This document shows positions 16,946-25,574 of a stretch of 25,574 nt of DNA, one piece after another. The stretch's first letter is position 1, and the number at the start of each line of letters is the position of its first letter. The stretch lies in NCBI GenBank assembly GCA_038999435.1, contig JAVZYR010000005.1, positions 1 to 25,574 on the forward strand. The letters are read 5' to 3'. The DNA is from Candidatus Aenigmatarchaeota archaeon. GTDB taxonomy: Archaea; Aenigmatarchaeota; Aenigmatarchaeia; QMZP01. The position numbers and the translations under genes were made by a program. Under the pieces are notes generated by a model. It saw only the letters and a list, made by a program, of their open reading frames with translations, had not been told where the DNA came from and ran no database searches.

Positions 16946-16992
16946 CTGATTTTCTACCATCTCGCTCCACTCAAATTCCTACAATATAAACA

Positions 16993-17000
16993 TTTATAAA
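16993..17000 (+). promoter_or_regulatory. Putative TATA box of the psmB-fttA operon
   Basis: TTTATAAA about 40 nt upstream of the psmB ATG; SD-like GAGGT at 17033-17037. Confidence 0.5.
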
Positions 17001-17041
17001 CCCCTAATCTAAAAAAAATTATAACTCATTCTGAGGTTAGG

Positions 17042-17659
17042 ATGGAATCAAAAAAAACGGGCACAACAACAGTTGGTCTGTTAACAAATGATGCAGTAAT
17101 ACTTGGCGCTGAGAAAAAGGCTACTATGGGCTATCTCGTAGCATCAAAGGCAACAAAAAAAATACTTCAGATAGATGACAGGCTTGGCATGACAATAGCA
17201 GGTTTGGAAGGAGATGCACAGGCCCTTGCACGATATCTGAGTGCAGAGTTAAAACTCTATAGATTTCAGGAAGAAAGACCTGCATCAGTGAAGGCAGCTG
17301 CAACGCTGCTAGCAAATATATTGCATTCTTCGAGATATTTTCCATATCTTGTGCAGCTGCTTGTTGGAGGATATGATACAAAACCAAGGCTTTATTCATT
17401 CGACCCTTCAGGTTCTCTACAAGAAGAAACTGACTATTTTTCAACAGGTTCTGGTTCACCCATCGCTTTAGGTGTGCTTGAGGATAGATACAAACCAAAC
17501 ATGTCAACTGAAGAAGCAGTAAAACTCGTTGTTGCTGCAATCGATGCAGCGATAAAACGAGACATAGCATCAGGCGGTGCAGGTATTGATGTGGTTGTCA
17601 TTGACAAAAAAGGTTATAATGAGATATCTTCAAAAGAGATAGAAAAGTACAGGAAATAA
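17042..17659 (+). CDS. psmB: Proteasome subunit beta
   Basis: Short propeptide MESKKTG followed by the catalytic TTTVG; TGSGS; RDIASGG. Confidence 0.96.
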   Translation: MESKKTGTTTVGLLTNDAVILGAEKKATMGYLVASKATKKILQIDDRLGMTIAGLEGDAQALARYLSAELKLYRFQEERPASVKAAATLLANILHSSRYFPYLVQLLVGGYDTKPRLYSFDPSGSLQEETDYFSTGSGSPIALGVLEDRYKPNMSTEEAVKLVVAAIDAAIKRDIASGGAGIDVVVIDKKGYNEISSKEIEKYRK

Positions 17660-17664
17660 AGATT

Positions 17665-19539
17665 ATGTCAATTTTAAAGGAGTTGGAAAAACATCTACCT
17701 GAAGATGCATCTATCACTGAAGTGAAGTTTGAGGCATCGCTTATTGTACTCTATACAAAATCAAAAACATTTTTTCAGGAGTCAGAGACAATTGCAAAAT
17801 CGATTGTTTCAGAGATAAAAAAGAGGATTGAAATAAGACCAGATCTGTCGATTGTAATGGAGCCCGAGAAAGCAAAAGAGTTTATCACATCAGTTGTGCC
17901 TGCTGAGGCTAATATAAAGGCAATATATTTTGAACCCGAATTAGGCAAGGTTATAATCGAATGTCAAAAACCAGGGCTTGTGATTGGGAAAGGTGGTGAG
18001 ACTTATAGAAAGATAAAGACCGAAACATGTTGGCTACCAAAAATAGAGCGTGCACCTGCCATCGAATCAAAGGTTGTACGGGCAGTAAGAAATCTTTTGC
18101 ATACAGAGATTGACTATAGAAAAAAATTCCTGAATGATGTTGGGCAAAAAATCAACACAAAGATATTAACAGAAGAAGAGAGAAAATCAGAATGGATAAG
18201 GCTATCTACTCTTGGTGGTTTTAGACAAGTAGGCCGTTCTGCAGCACTTCTTCAAACACCTCATTCACGTGTACTTCTCGATTGTGGGGTTGATGTAGGC
18301 TCACCAGATGGCATACCATACATCGATGCACCAGAATTTGATATAGACAAACTTGATGCTGTTTTTATTTCCCATGCCCATATAGACCATGTTGGATTTC
18401 TACCATACCTTTATGAAAAGGGCTATAAAGGACCTGTTTATTGTTCTGCACCAACCCGTGATTTGATGGTTCTTTTGTGTTTTGATTTTATAGATGTTTG
18501 CCAAAAAGAAGGAAAAAAGGTGTTATACAGCAAGAAGGCAATAGAAAAGGCAATAAAACATTCAATAACCCTTGAATATGGAGATGTAACGGACATAAGC
18601 CCTGACATAAGGCTAACAATCCAACCATCTGGCCATTTACTTGGCTCCTCACTTGCGCACCTGCATATTGGTGATGGTCTACACAATATACTTTATACAT
18701 CAGATTTCAAGTTTGGTCCTACGCGTCTTTTTGAGCCAGCCTGCACAAATTTTCCTCGCATCGAAACACTAATCATCGAATCAACATATGGTGGGGTTGA
18801 TGATGTATTGCCAAAAAGGGCCGAGGCCGAGGCTGCACTGCTTAAGATAGTAGAAGAGACTGCAGCAAAGAAAGGCAAGGTGCTCATACCTGTCTTTGCA
18901 GTTGGTAGGGCACAAGAGGTTATGGCAATACTTGCAGAAAAATGTCAATACCCTGTCTATCTTGATGGTATGGTATGGGATGCAACAGCAATCCATACAG
19001 CTTATCCCGAACATCTCTCAAACTATATGCAAAAGAAAATACTGCATTATGGCAAAAATCCATTCCTCTCAGAAATATTCAAACCTGTTGTGCCGAAAGA
19101 GAGGCAATCGGTCATTGAGTCCACGGAACCAGCAGTCATACTTGCAACATCAGGAATGTTGATAGGTGGGCCTGCCATTGAATACCTCAAGGCATTTGCA
19201 ACAGATGAAAAAAATACCTTGCTTTTTGTAGGTTATCAAGGCGAGGGCACACTCGGCAGGAGGATACAAAAGGGATGGAAGGAGATACCAGTTGTTGAAG
19301 ATGGTAAAACAAAAACACTTGAATTGAAACTGAGGGTTGAAACCGTTTCTGGCTTAACTGGTCATTCTGGAAGAAACCAGATATTTGGATACATAAAGAA
19401 TCTCTCATCTACACCAGAAAGGATAATCATTGGGCATGGCGAACAAAAGAAATGCATAGAGCTGGCAAGGGATATTCATAAATATTTCAGGATAGAAACG
19501 ATTGTACCGAGAAATCTTGAAGCAATAAGGCTGAGATAG
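17665..19539 (+). CDS. fttA: Beta-CASP ribonuclease aCPSF1 / transcription termination factor FttA
   Basis: Two N-terminal KH domains (KPGLVIGKGG), LGGFRQVGRS, MBL motif SHAHIDH, GHLLGS, ESTYGG, AVGRAQE and GYQGEGTLGR; conserved adjacency to psmB. Confidence 0.96.
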   Translation: MSILKELEKHLPEDASITEVKFEASLIVLYTKSKTFFQESETIAKSIVSEIKKRIEIRPDLSIVMEPEKAKEFITSVVPAEANIKAIYFEPELGKVIIECQKPGLVIGKGGETYRKIKTETCWLPKIERAPAIESKVVRAVRNLLHTEIDYRKKFLNDVGQKINTKILTEEERKSEWIRLSTLGGFRQVGRSAALLQTPHSRVLLDCGVDVGSPDGIPYIDAPEFDIDKLDAVFISHAHIDHVGFLPYLYEKGYKGPVYCSAPTRDLMVLLCFDFIDVCQKEGKKVLYSKKAIEKAIKHSITLEYGDVTDISPDIRLTIQPSGHLLGSSLAHLHIGDGLHNILYTSDFKFGPTRLFEPACTNFPRIETLIIESTYGGVDDVLPKRAEAEAALLKIVEETAAKKGKVLIPVFAVGRAQEVMAILAEKCQYPVYLDGMVWDATAIHTAYPEHLSNYMQKKILHYGKNPFLSEIFKPVVPKERQSVIESTEPAVILATSGMLIGGPAIEYLKAFATDEKNTLLFVGYQGEGTLGRRIQKGWKEIPVVEDGKTKTLELKLRVETVSGLTGHSGRNQIFGYIKNLSSTPERIIIGHGEQKKCIELARDIHKYFRIETIVPRNLEAIRLR

Positions 19540-19584
19540 ACAGAGAAATAAGTAAGCAATTCTCGAATTTTATGTTTTTTAATT

Positions 19585-19920
19585 TTATTCCCTTCTTACA
19601 GCCACAAGCTCTGGTGTAAGTATAAGCCAGTCCTGCTCAATACCTGCAATGTCTCCGTTATTTGCAACAATTGCCTTTTTTAGCTTTTCAACAGCCCTTT
19701 TAAGCTCTCCAAGATCTTTTTCTCTGAGTCCCTTTATCTTCAAAAACACAATGTTACCTTCTCTGAGTGTTCGCAGTATTCTGTCTGTGTCTGAAAAATC
19801 GTCGAGTTTATCTACTTTTATGCTTAATCTTCTTGCCTCTTCTTCGAATGTGCCAACCTCAACGTAGTGTTCCTCTTTTGGTATCTCTTCTCCAGAGCCA
19901 AAAATCTTTCGCAACACCAT
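19585..19920 (-). CDS. sepF: Cell division protein SepF (archaeal)
   Basis: D...I...LREGNIVFL.I..L.....LKRAVEKLK......GDIAGI....LILTP. ATG 19920 has the SD AGGTGA at 19926-19931. Confidence 0.88.
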   Translation of the reverse strand: MVLRKIFGSGEEIPKEEHYVEVGTFEEEARRLSIKVDKLDDFSDTDRILRTLREGNIVFLKIKGLREKDLGELKRAVEKLKKAIVANNGDIAGIEQDWLILTPELVAVRRE

Positions 19921-19967
19921 TTTATTCACCTGTATATTATTTAGCACATAAATTTAAATTTATCGCA

Positions 19968-20267
19968 TCAAGAGTGTTTTAGTTTTTCAATCCTCTCCTT
20001 TATTTGCTTTTCTATTTTTTCTAAATTACCAATACGAAGTGTTAGCATCTCTTCCTTTTCCTTCAGGTCTTTCTTCGCACTCTCTACTGTTGTTTTAACA
20101 AGCAGCGGCCCTGCAAGTTTGAAAACCTCTCCATTACCTATCTTTTCCAATTCTTCAAGCGCTTTTTTAATCTCAAGAAGTTGAAGGTTTAGGCTCTCTT
20201 TTTGTATAATTATAGATTGCATCTGTTGCTGATATGCTTGTGCCTGTTTAGTAGCATCCTCTTTCAT
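19968..20267 (-). CDS. pfdB: Prefoldin subunit beta
   Basis: Coiled coil, beta-hairpin (ALEELEK..EVFKLAGPLLVK), coiled coil; conserved position at the end of the exosome superoperon. Confidence 0.9.
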   Translation of the reverse strand: MKEDATKQAQAYQQQMQSIIIQKESLNLQLLEIKKALEELEKIGNGEVFKLAGPLLVKTTVESAKKDLKEKEEMLTLRIGNLEKIEKQIKERIEKLKHS

Positions 20268-20407
20268 TGTGAAGTAACCCTTTTTATTATAGGTGCGCGT
20301 CTTTTTGTTAGGATTCTAAAACCACAGAAAGGACACTGAACCTTTTTTGCAGTTGCAAGTTCTATCTCAACAACCTTTCCACATTCCATGCAAATATATT
20401 CTGTCAT
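20264..20407 (-). CDS. rpoP: DNA-directed RNA polymerase subunit Rpo12/RpoP (47 aa; not in ORF track)
   Basis: Hand translation: MTEYICMECGKVVEIELATAKKVQCPFCGFRILTKRRAPIIKRVTSQ (YxCxxCG..CPxCGxRILxKxR). Follows rpl37ae. Confidence 0.95.
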   Translation of the reverse strand: MTEYICMECGKVVEIELATAKKVQCPFCGFRILTKRRAPIIKRVTSQ

Positions 20408-20419
20408 AATTATATCAAA

Positions 20420-20638
20420 TCATGATGGTTTATAAGCCTTTCCAGCAAATTTTAGCCCACATTTTTTGCAACGCCATATTCCTTTTGCAATCCTTTTGAG
20501 ACCTGCTTTAAGACAGGCCGGGCATGTATGTCTTTGTTTTTGCAAAAGCTCGATTTCGATCAATCTTTCTTTAATTCTTTTTCCATACCTTGGGCCAAAT
20601 CGCCCTGCAGGTCCGACCTTCTTTGTCCTCTTTGTCAT
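20420..20638 (-). CDS. rpl37ae: 50S ribosomal protein L37Ae (eL43)
   Basis: KKVGPAGRFGPRYG, CPAC..KRIAKGIWRCKKCG..FAG.AY.P. Confidence 0.96.
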   Translation of the reverse strand: MTKRTKKVGPAGRFGPRYGKRIKERLIEIELLQKQRHTCPACLKAGLKRIAKGIWRCKKCGLKFAGKAYKPS

Positions 20639-21399
20639 ATCAACCTCCTCAATCTCTCTGCATACATACCAACTTTATTCAACATATCTTCTATCTCTGA
20701 AATCTTGAGAAACATAGGACCTGTCTTTTGTATTGCACACACATTTCCATCATCCTTTGTAGTGATTATGAGCTTGCCTTGTGCAACCGATTCTTCATCA
20801 AGCAATGGATCAAGGATGAAAATATTTTCTATTTTTGTAAAGCTGATTGCTACAGGTTTGAATCGGAGTGGAAGCTTATCCTTTTTAATCGTATAATCTA
20901 TCTTTTTCCCATCCCATGCAGGTATTTTTGCATCGCTAAGTGCTGCAACTGCTGCAAGTACTGCAGCATCCATAAGATTGCCTGCATGATTTATTGTGTG
21001 TATATCAATAAATACAGCCCATGCCTGTTCACCTGGGACAATACAAAGCTTTTGCATGTCTATTGCTTTAGATTCTCTTATACCTCTATCAACAACGCGT
21101 GCCAGTTCAATTGCCTCCTCTTTTGGTGGACCTGATTCAAACTGAGGAGAGGCAATAGGAGAAAATTCTGCATTGACTATAAGCAAGCCCTCATCTGGCT
21201 TGTCAGGGAATGGCTTGTCTACTGCCAATTTAACACCAGCCAGAACCTCTGTTGAGCCAATCTTTACTCGAGCAGAACCTTCTGCATTTTCTATAATCCC
21301 TTTTTCAATCTGAATAGGTCTAAATTCATCCAGCTTTCTACCATCTATCCTTTCGCCCTTTTCTATAAGCTTTAGCACATATTCATTTTGAATCTGCAT
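20635..21399 (-). CDS. rrp42: Exosome complex component Rrp42
   Basis: RIDGRKLDEFR, AEGSARVKIGST, PFPDKPDEG, FESGPP..AIELARVVDRGIRES and GNLMDA. ATG 21399 has the SD GGAGGTGG. Confidence 0.95.
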   Translation of the reverse strand: MQIQNEYVLKLIEKGERIDGRKLDEFRPIQIEKGIIENAEGSARVKIGSTEVLAGVKLAVDKPFPDKPDEGLLIVNAEFSPIASPQFESGPPKEEAIELARVVDRGIRESKAIDMQKLCIVPGEQAWAVFIDIHTINHAGNLMDAAVLAAVAALSDAKIPAWDGKKIDYTIKKDKLPLRFKPVAISFTKIENIFILDPLLDEESVAQGKLIITTKDDGNVCAIQKTGPMFLKISEIEDMLNKVGMYAERLRRLI

Positions 21400-22078
21400 C
21401 AATCCACCTCCTTCTGAGTGCTTCTTTCTGCTTTTCGTATATCTCTTGACAGCCTTTCAATGCAAGCCTTAAAAGCCTTTTTACATCCTCTGGTGTTACA
21501 TCACCGTCCATCTGAAGGAGTGTCACTTCACCTTTTCTTGGTAGAACAGCAACAGGCAAATCACATGCTGTTATCTCTTCCTCTTTTGATGTTATATCTA
21601 AAATATATGTATCTTCAATCTTTCCCACAGCCACGGCAGCTACAAGGTCTTTCATCGGTACCCCTGCATCAGCAAGTGCAACGGATGCAGCATTGATTGC
21701 AGCAGTTCTTGTGCCTGCATCTGCCTGAAGGATATCAATGTATATATCAATCTCTGCTTTGGGAAATTCATCAAGGAAAATTACATTCTCAAATGTTTGA
21801 CGTATTACTTTGCAAAGCTCTATGGAACGGCGCGAGGGCCCTGGCTTTACCCTTTCAAGTGTTGAGAATGGCACCATAGCATAAACTGTTTCGAGTGTTG
21901 CTTTGTTTGGTAGACGAAGGTGCTTTGGAAACATAGAACGAGGGCCATAAACAGCAGCAATCGCTGTTGTTTTCCCCATTCTTACAAGTGCAGAGCCTTT
22001 TGCCTGTTCAATTACACCTGCATCTATCGTTATCGGCCTTAGTTCTTCAGGTCCTCTTCCATCAATCCTTTTTAGCAT
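21383..22078 (-). CDS. rrp41: Exosome complex exonuclease Rrp41
   Basis: RIDGRGPEELRP, AAVYGPR, PFST.ER..PGPSRRSIE, phosphate-binding ADAGTR, DLP and LLQMDG. Confidence 0.96.
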   Translation of the reverse strand: MLKRIDGRGPEELRPITIDAGVIEQAKGSALVRMGKTTAIAAVYGPRSMFPKHLRLPNKATLETVYAMVPFSTLERVKPGPSRRSIELCKVIRQTFENVIFLDEFPKAEIDIYIDILQADAGTRTAAINAASVALADAGVPMKDLVAAVAVGKIEDTYILDITSKEEEITACDLPVAVLPRKGEVTLLQMDGDVTPEDVKRLLRLALKGCQEIYEKQKEALRRRWIDADSK

Positions 22079-22739
22079 GTTCCTCCAAAAATTGTGTTAC
22101 TCGGTCGGTTAGACCTTCTTTATAAAATTCCTTTTCAATCAATTTTATCGCCTTTATCACAAGCTCTTCTTTTCCACCTTCAATCCATACAAAGCCATTT
22201 TGTCCTATTGATATCTTTGAATCTGTCGCCTTTTTTATCACATTTATCATAGAACCTGCCTTACCAATCACCCGTGGTATCTTTGCCGGATTTACTGCTA
22301 TTATCCGTCCTGATGTAATTTTTTTACACCCAACCTCCTTCATTGAAAGATATACAGATGTTTTTGAAATCCTTTCAATCTTTGCATAGATGATATCACC
22401 AATATCATATATAGTTGAAAGGTCTGTCTTTGTGATATCAACATAACCCTTAATACCTGCAAGAGGGAGGAATGCATCGTATGCAGTATTTATGTCAACA
22501 ATCCAGCCATTTGATTGTATGTCCAAAATCTTTCCAATCACCATATCATCAGCCTTTGGCATATATATCGTATTGAATGGTATGACAGACACAACACGGT
22601 TTTTTATGCTAACAAGGCCAAGCCTTTTTGCGACTATATCATCTCCATCTCTATAGCAATTCTTCCCTGGCAACCAATCAAGCGATTTGACAATCACCTG
22701 ACCTGGAAGCACAAATTCTCTTTCTTTTGGTTCTTCCAT
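22062..22739 (-). CDS. rrp4: Exosome complex RNA-binding protein Rrp4
   Basis: VLPG N domain, S1 domain (YMPKADDMVIGKI..WIVDIN) and KH domain (PAKIPRVIGKAGSMI..GQNGFVWI). Confidence 0.95.
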   Translation of the reverse strand: MEEPKEREFVLPGQVIVKSLDWLPGKNCYRDGDDIVAKRLGLVSIKNRVVSVIPFNTIYMPKADDMVIGKILDIQSNGWIVDINTAYDAFLPLAGIKGYVDITKTDLSTIYDIGDIIYAKIERISKTSVYLSMKEVGCKKITSGRIIAVNPAKIPRVIGKAGSMINVIKKATDSKISIGQNGFVWIEGGKEELVIKAIKLIEKEFYKEGLTDRVTQFLEEHAKKD

Positions 22740-22776
22740 AAATTTTTTATTTTGGTTTTATGCTTATAAAAGGTTG

Positions 22777-23475
22777 TTATATCGATGTCAAAATCTTACT
22801 CTCAACCTGTCCGCCAGCAACCTTGTTCAATTTTGCAAGTATCTCTCCTTGAAGGCCTGCAGGTATCTCTATGACAGCATACCAACCATCTGATTTCCAC
22901 TCCTCCTTTTTAATGCTGACCATACCTCTCAATACTGCAGATGCCTTTCCTGCCCATTGAAGAGGTATTTTGACTGCGATCTGAACTCTTTTGATTGTTA
23001 CAGGTATTATTGGTTGTATTGCGTTCAAAACCATCTCAATTTGCTCTTCTGCAGGTTTGAAAGGGTCTATTGATATCTTTGCCTGTTCCATTGCGTTCAT
23101 AATCCTGCTAACAGGGTGTGGCAGGTTTGTTTGAGGGTTTATCCCCTCTCTTGCTATCGTCTCTGCAATCTGTTTCTTTTTTTCCTCAACCGCCCTTCTT
23201 CTTTGTTCTGTTGTGAGTTGTATTTCACCCTTTTTTATTATCTCTTCAGCCACATTTGATGTGTTGCTGGTGCCAAACACAGATTCCAATTCCTTCTCCC
23301 CTGCCTTCTCCCCCTTTTTCGCATCTTTGAATATAGCTTGTACTGCAAGCAGAGAATCGATTGGTATCTCCTTTCCCTTTCTAAGCTCAAGAGCAAGCTC
23401 TGGGTCAACGAGTATTTCAAAATGCTTTCCGCTCTTTGTAATTCTTGCTATAACAGCCTTTTCAATAGATATCAT
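22777..23475 (-). CDS. Ribosome maturation factor SBDS/Sdo1
   Basis: GKHFEILVDP, IFKDAKKG, IIKKGEIQLTTEQRR, INPQTNLPHP..RI.NAM and IDPFK.AEEQ. Confidence 0.95.
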   Translation of the reverse strand: MISIEKAVIARITKSGKHFEILVDPELALELRKGKEIPIDSLLAVQAIFKDAKKGEKAGEKELESVFGTSNTSNVAEEIIKKGEIQLTTEQRRRAVEEKKKQIAETIAREGINPQTNLPHPVSRIMNAMEQAKISIDPFKPAEEQIEMVLNAIQPIIPVTIKRVQIAVKIPLQWAGKASAVLRGMVSIKKEEWKSDGWYAVIEIPAGLQGEILAKLNKVAGGQVESKILTSI

Positions 23476-24173
23476 GCATATTTAGATATCATCTTTTCTT
23501 CAATCCTCTCAACACCACTCTTTGTAACATAAACTACTTCATATTCTCCGCCAGTTCCTTTTTCCCCTTCTTTTAGCGCATTTATCAAAAGCTTTATCCC
23601 TTCTTCCTTACTCATATCTTTTTTGTATCCTTTAATCAAAATCTTTCTCGCTTTCTCCCCTCCTCTTCCTATTGCTTGTGCATACCATTCCATCATCGTG
23701 CCTGATGGATCTGTTTCAAAGAGCCGGGGACCAACATCATCAACACCACCTATAAGCATGCCTACCCCATAAGGCCGTACACCAGCATATTGTGTTACCA
23801 TATGTTTTCTATCACATATGTGAGAGACGAGGGAGAGGATAGAGATTTTCTCACCGAATGTTATGCGATTGACCTGCGCCTTTACCCTTGCAATCTCTGC
23901 AAGTTCCTTGCCATCTGCAAGGCTACCTGATATCACTGCAGCGATATGTTCATCAATTTGGTATATTTTCTTATACGAATCTAACACAGCAAGTTGTGGC
24001 GCTATCTTTACAGTACCGAGAAGCACACCATCAGAAAGCCTTATGCCAATAGATGTTATACCATTTTTTACCATCTGTCGTGCATATTCTACTTGAAGTA
24101 GTCTGCCTTCTGGAGAGAATACGACGATTGTTCTGTCATAAGCCATATGTGATGGAGGAACAGGTTCTGCCAT
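23472..24173 (-). CDS. psmA: Proteasome subunit alpha
   Basis: YDRTIVVFSPEGRLLQVEYA, TQYAGVRPYGV and PRLFETDPSG. Confidence 0.97.
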   Translation of the reverse strand: MAEPVPPSHMAYDRTIVVFSPEGRLLQVEYARQMVKNGITSIGIRLSDGVLLGTVKIAPQLAVLDSYKKIYQIDEHIAAVISGSLADGKELAEIARVKAQVNRITFGEKISILSLVSHICDRKHMVTQYAGVRPYGVGMLIGGVDDVGPRLFETDPSGTMMEWYAQAIGRGGEKARKILIKGYKKDMSKEEGIKLLINALKEGEKGTGGEYEVVYVTKSGVERIEEKMISKYA

Positions 24174-24181
24174 AAATTTTA

Positions 24182-25351
24182 TTACAACCCTTCTTTATAA
24201 ATCTTGCAAATCTTTTCCATAAGCTCATTACCTTTTAACCTTTGTCCCTGTAGTGCAGCACGTTCATCAAATGTATTGATGCCATCAGGTTTTACATGGT
24301 TTGAAATAAGCCATGGTACAGGAGATGATAAATGACGATATGCTTTGAAATCAGGGCTACTCGCTGTACCATGATCACATGTTAGGCAAAAAAGACATTC
24401 TATGTCCAAACTGCCTATATAACCATCAACCTTTTCTATGAACCGTTTTTTAAGTTCAGGCCTGCTATCATGTGAAAGTATATCTGTTGCATTTATATGC
24501 AGCCATACAAAATCATATCTTTTTAGCGCATTTTTTGTTGCATCAAATTTTGCTTCAAGGTTTGTATCAGGCATGCCTGTTGCACCTTTCACATCTATCA
24601 CATCCAGACCAAGCCATGTCGCAACACCTTTTGCTATTGGTATCCCTGCTATGCAGCAACCTTTTAGTCCCCATTTTTGTCTAAAACTGCTGGTTTCCTT
24701 TTTTCTTCCAACATTTCTTATCAATATCGCATTTGCAGGCCAGCGCCTTTTTTTGTTTATCACATCTTTTTTGAGAATTTCATGCGCCTTTCTGAGAAAT
24801 TTATTTAATATGCTTGCAGTTGCTTTTGCAGATTGCTTTTTTGCCCTTATTTCAGGTACAGGTACTCCAATTTTGAGTGGGTCATTTGGTTGAATGTACT
24901 CGGAAAGCCCCTTTCCACTCATTATTATCACAAGGCGATGTCCTGCAGATGGTATGATAGTGAATTTGATTTTATCTATTATCATACCATTAAGTTTTTC
25001 TGCAAGTTGTTCAAGTCCATATGTTTCTCTTCCTGCCCTTCTATCGAGTATATTGCCACTTTTATCAAGCGTTGCCCAATTTGCCCTTATGCATATATCA
25101 TCCTTGCTTGGTTTAAACCCTACACCGAGCGCTTCGAGATAGCCACGACCTGGATATGTTTTTTCAGAATAACAGCCAAGAAGGTTTAGATAACCAAAAT
25201 CAGAATTGACATAACCACGATAGCCGATATCAAGTGTCCCAACAATGCCATGATAAGCAAGCCTGTCTATGTTTGGTTTTTTTGCAAGTGCAAGTGGTGT
25301 TGGCCATCCTGCATCAGCCAGGCCATCCATCACAAGCATCAAAATAGGCAT
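24182..25351 (-). CDS. apgM: 2,3-bisphosphoglycerate-independent phosphoglycerate mutase (archaeal type)
   Basis: VMDGLAD..TPL.LA.KPN.D.LA, NSD (catalytic Ser), YPGRGYLEALG, DRRAGR, GATG..DTN, HINATD..SHD and TCDHGT. Start set at ATG 25351. Confidence 0.92.
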   Translation of the reverse strand: MPILMLVMDGLADAGWPTPLALAKKPNIDRLAYHGIVGTLDIGYRGYVNSDFGYLNLLGCYSEKTYPGRGYLEALGVGFKPSKDDICIRANWATLDKSGNILDRRAGRETYGLEQLAEKLNGMIIDKIKFTIIPSAGHRLVIIMSGKGLSEYIQPNDPLKIGVPVPEIRAKKQSAKATASILNKFLRKAHEILKKDVINKKRRWPANAILIRNVGRKKETSSFRQKWGLKGCCIAGIPIAKGVATWLGLDVIDVKGATGMPDTNLEAKFDATKNALKRYDFVWLHINATDILSHDSRPELKKRFIEKVDGYIGSLDIECLFCLTCDHGTASSPDFKAYRHLSSPVPWLISNHVKPDGINTFDERAALQGQRLKGNELMEKICKIYKEGL

Positions 25352-25415
25352 ATAAAAATTTGTTTTTTTCATTAAAATTCGAAACTTATTTAAAATTTTG
25401 CAACCTTTTAATTCT

Positions 25416-25574
25416 ATGAAATTGTATGATGACCTAAAATGGTATCTTGAGCCAAAAAGGAAGTATGGTATTAGAGATTTACTCATAGGACTTACTTTTG
25501 TTTCTTTGTCTTTGTTCTCGCTTTATAATATCTACAAAGATGGTCACAAAGATCAAAGAGAGCAGTTTAGATAT
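25416..25574 (+). CDS. Partial ORF running off the window; probable N-terminal membrane anchor
   Basis: Hand translation with no stop: MKLYDDLKWYLEPKRKYGIRDLLIGLTFVSLSLFSLYNIYKDGHKDQREQFRY. CGAAAC-TTATTTAAA (BRE/TATA-like) lies about 25 nt upstream. Confidence 0.55.
   Translation, partial: MKLYDDLKWYLEPKRKYGIRDLLIGLTFVSLSLFSLYNIYKDGHKDQREQFRY

Noticed and set aside
19540..19590. T-rich tract after fttA as a defined terminator
   Set aside because: Compatible with archaeal U-tract termination but not distinguishable from AT-rich intergenic background without 3'-end data.
186..25189. Numerous 60-160 aa ORFs antisense to or nested in the core genes (for example 3264-3752, 5016-5483, 12177-12590, 17124-17570, 24438-24893)
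   Set aside because: They are shadow ORFs of well-supported genes, with Ser/Phe/Ile-rich antisense composition and no motifs.
25352..25486. 45-aa N-terminal extension of ApgM
   Set aside because: Family homology starts at MPILMLVMDG (25351). The extension crosses the AT-rich promoter region and a divergent plus-strand ORF.
1..25574. tRNA, rRNA, SRP RNA, inteins or recoded stop codons
   Set aside because: Intergenic gaps are about 100 bp or shorter and AT-rich, with no cloverleaf or GC-rich stems. Core proteins have normal lengths under the standard code and no intein-like insertions.

Overview
A gene-dense, AT-rich archaeal chromosome segment made mostly of core information-processing genes. 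It contains (i) a minus-strand replication/translation cluster: leuS, a small membrane protein, a single-chain PriS-PriL primase, GINS, rpl44e, rps27e, aIF2-alpha and srp54; (ii) hel308, aIF5B and a PAP2 phosphatase; (iii) psmB-fttA (aCPSF1); and (iv) a trimmed exosome/proteasome superoperon, psmA-SBDS-rrp4-rrp41-rrp42-rpl37ae-rpoP-pfdB, followed by sepF and preceded by apgM. The fused primase points to a DPANN archaeon (inference). Three short genes (rps27e, rpoP, a 33-aa zinc ribbon) and a partial ORF at the right edge are missing from the ORF track and were translated by hand. The best candidate for an undescribed system is a translationally coupled three-gene operon at 11798-13322: a C4 zinc-ribbon microprotein, a zincin-like protein with a non-canonical HExxxE motif, and a 301-aa protein I cannot assign. 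It lies behind a perfect 29-bp tandem duplication containing a BRE-TATA promoter and a 9-mer present three times. Other accessory genes are a secreted beta-helix protein with about 30 N-glycosylation sequons, a DUF362 protein, a solo Fe-S PD-(D/E)xK nuclease and csaA. I found no tRNA, rRNA, CRISPR array, integrase or transposase. All family calls come from motif recognition, not database searches.
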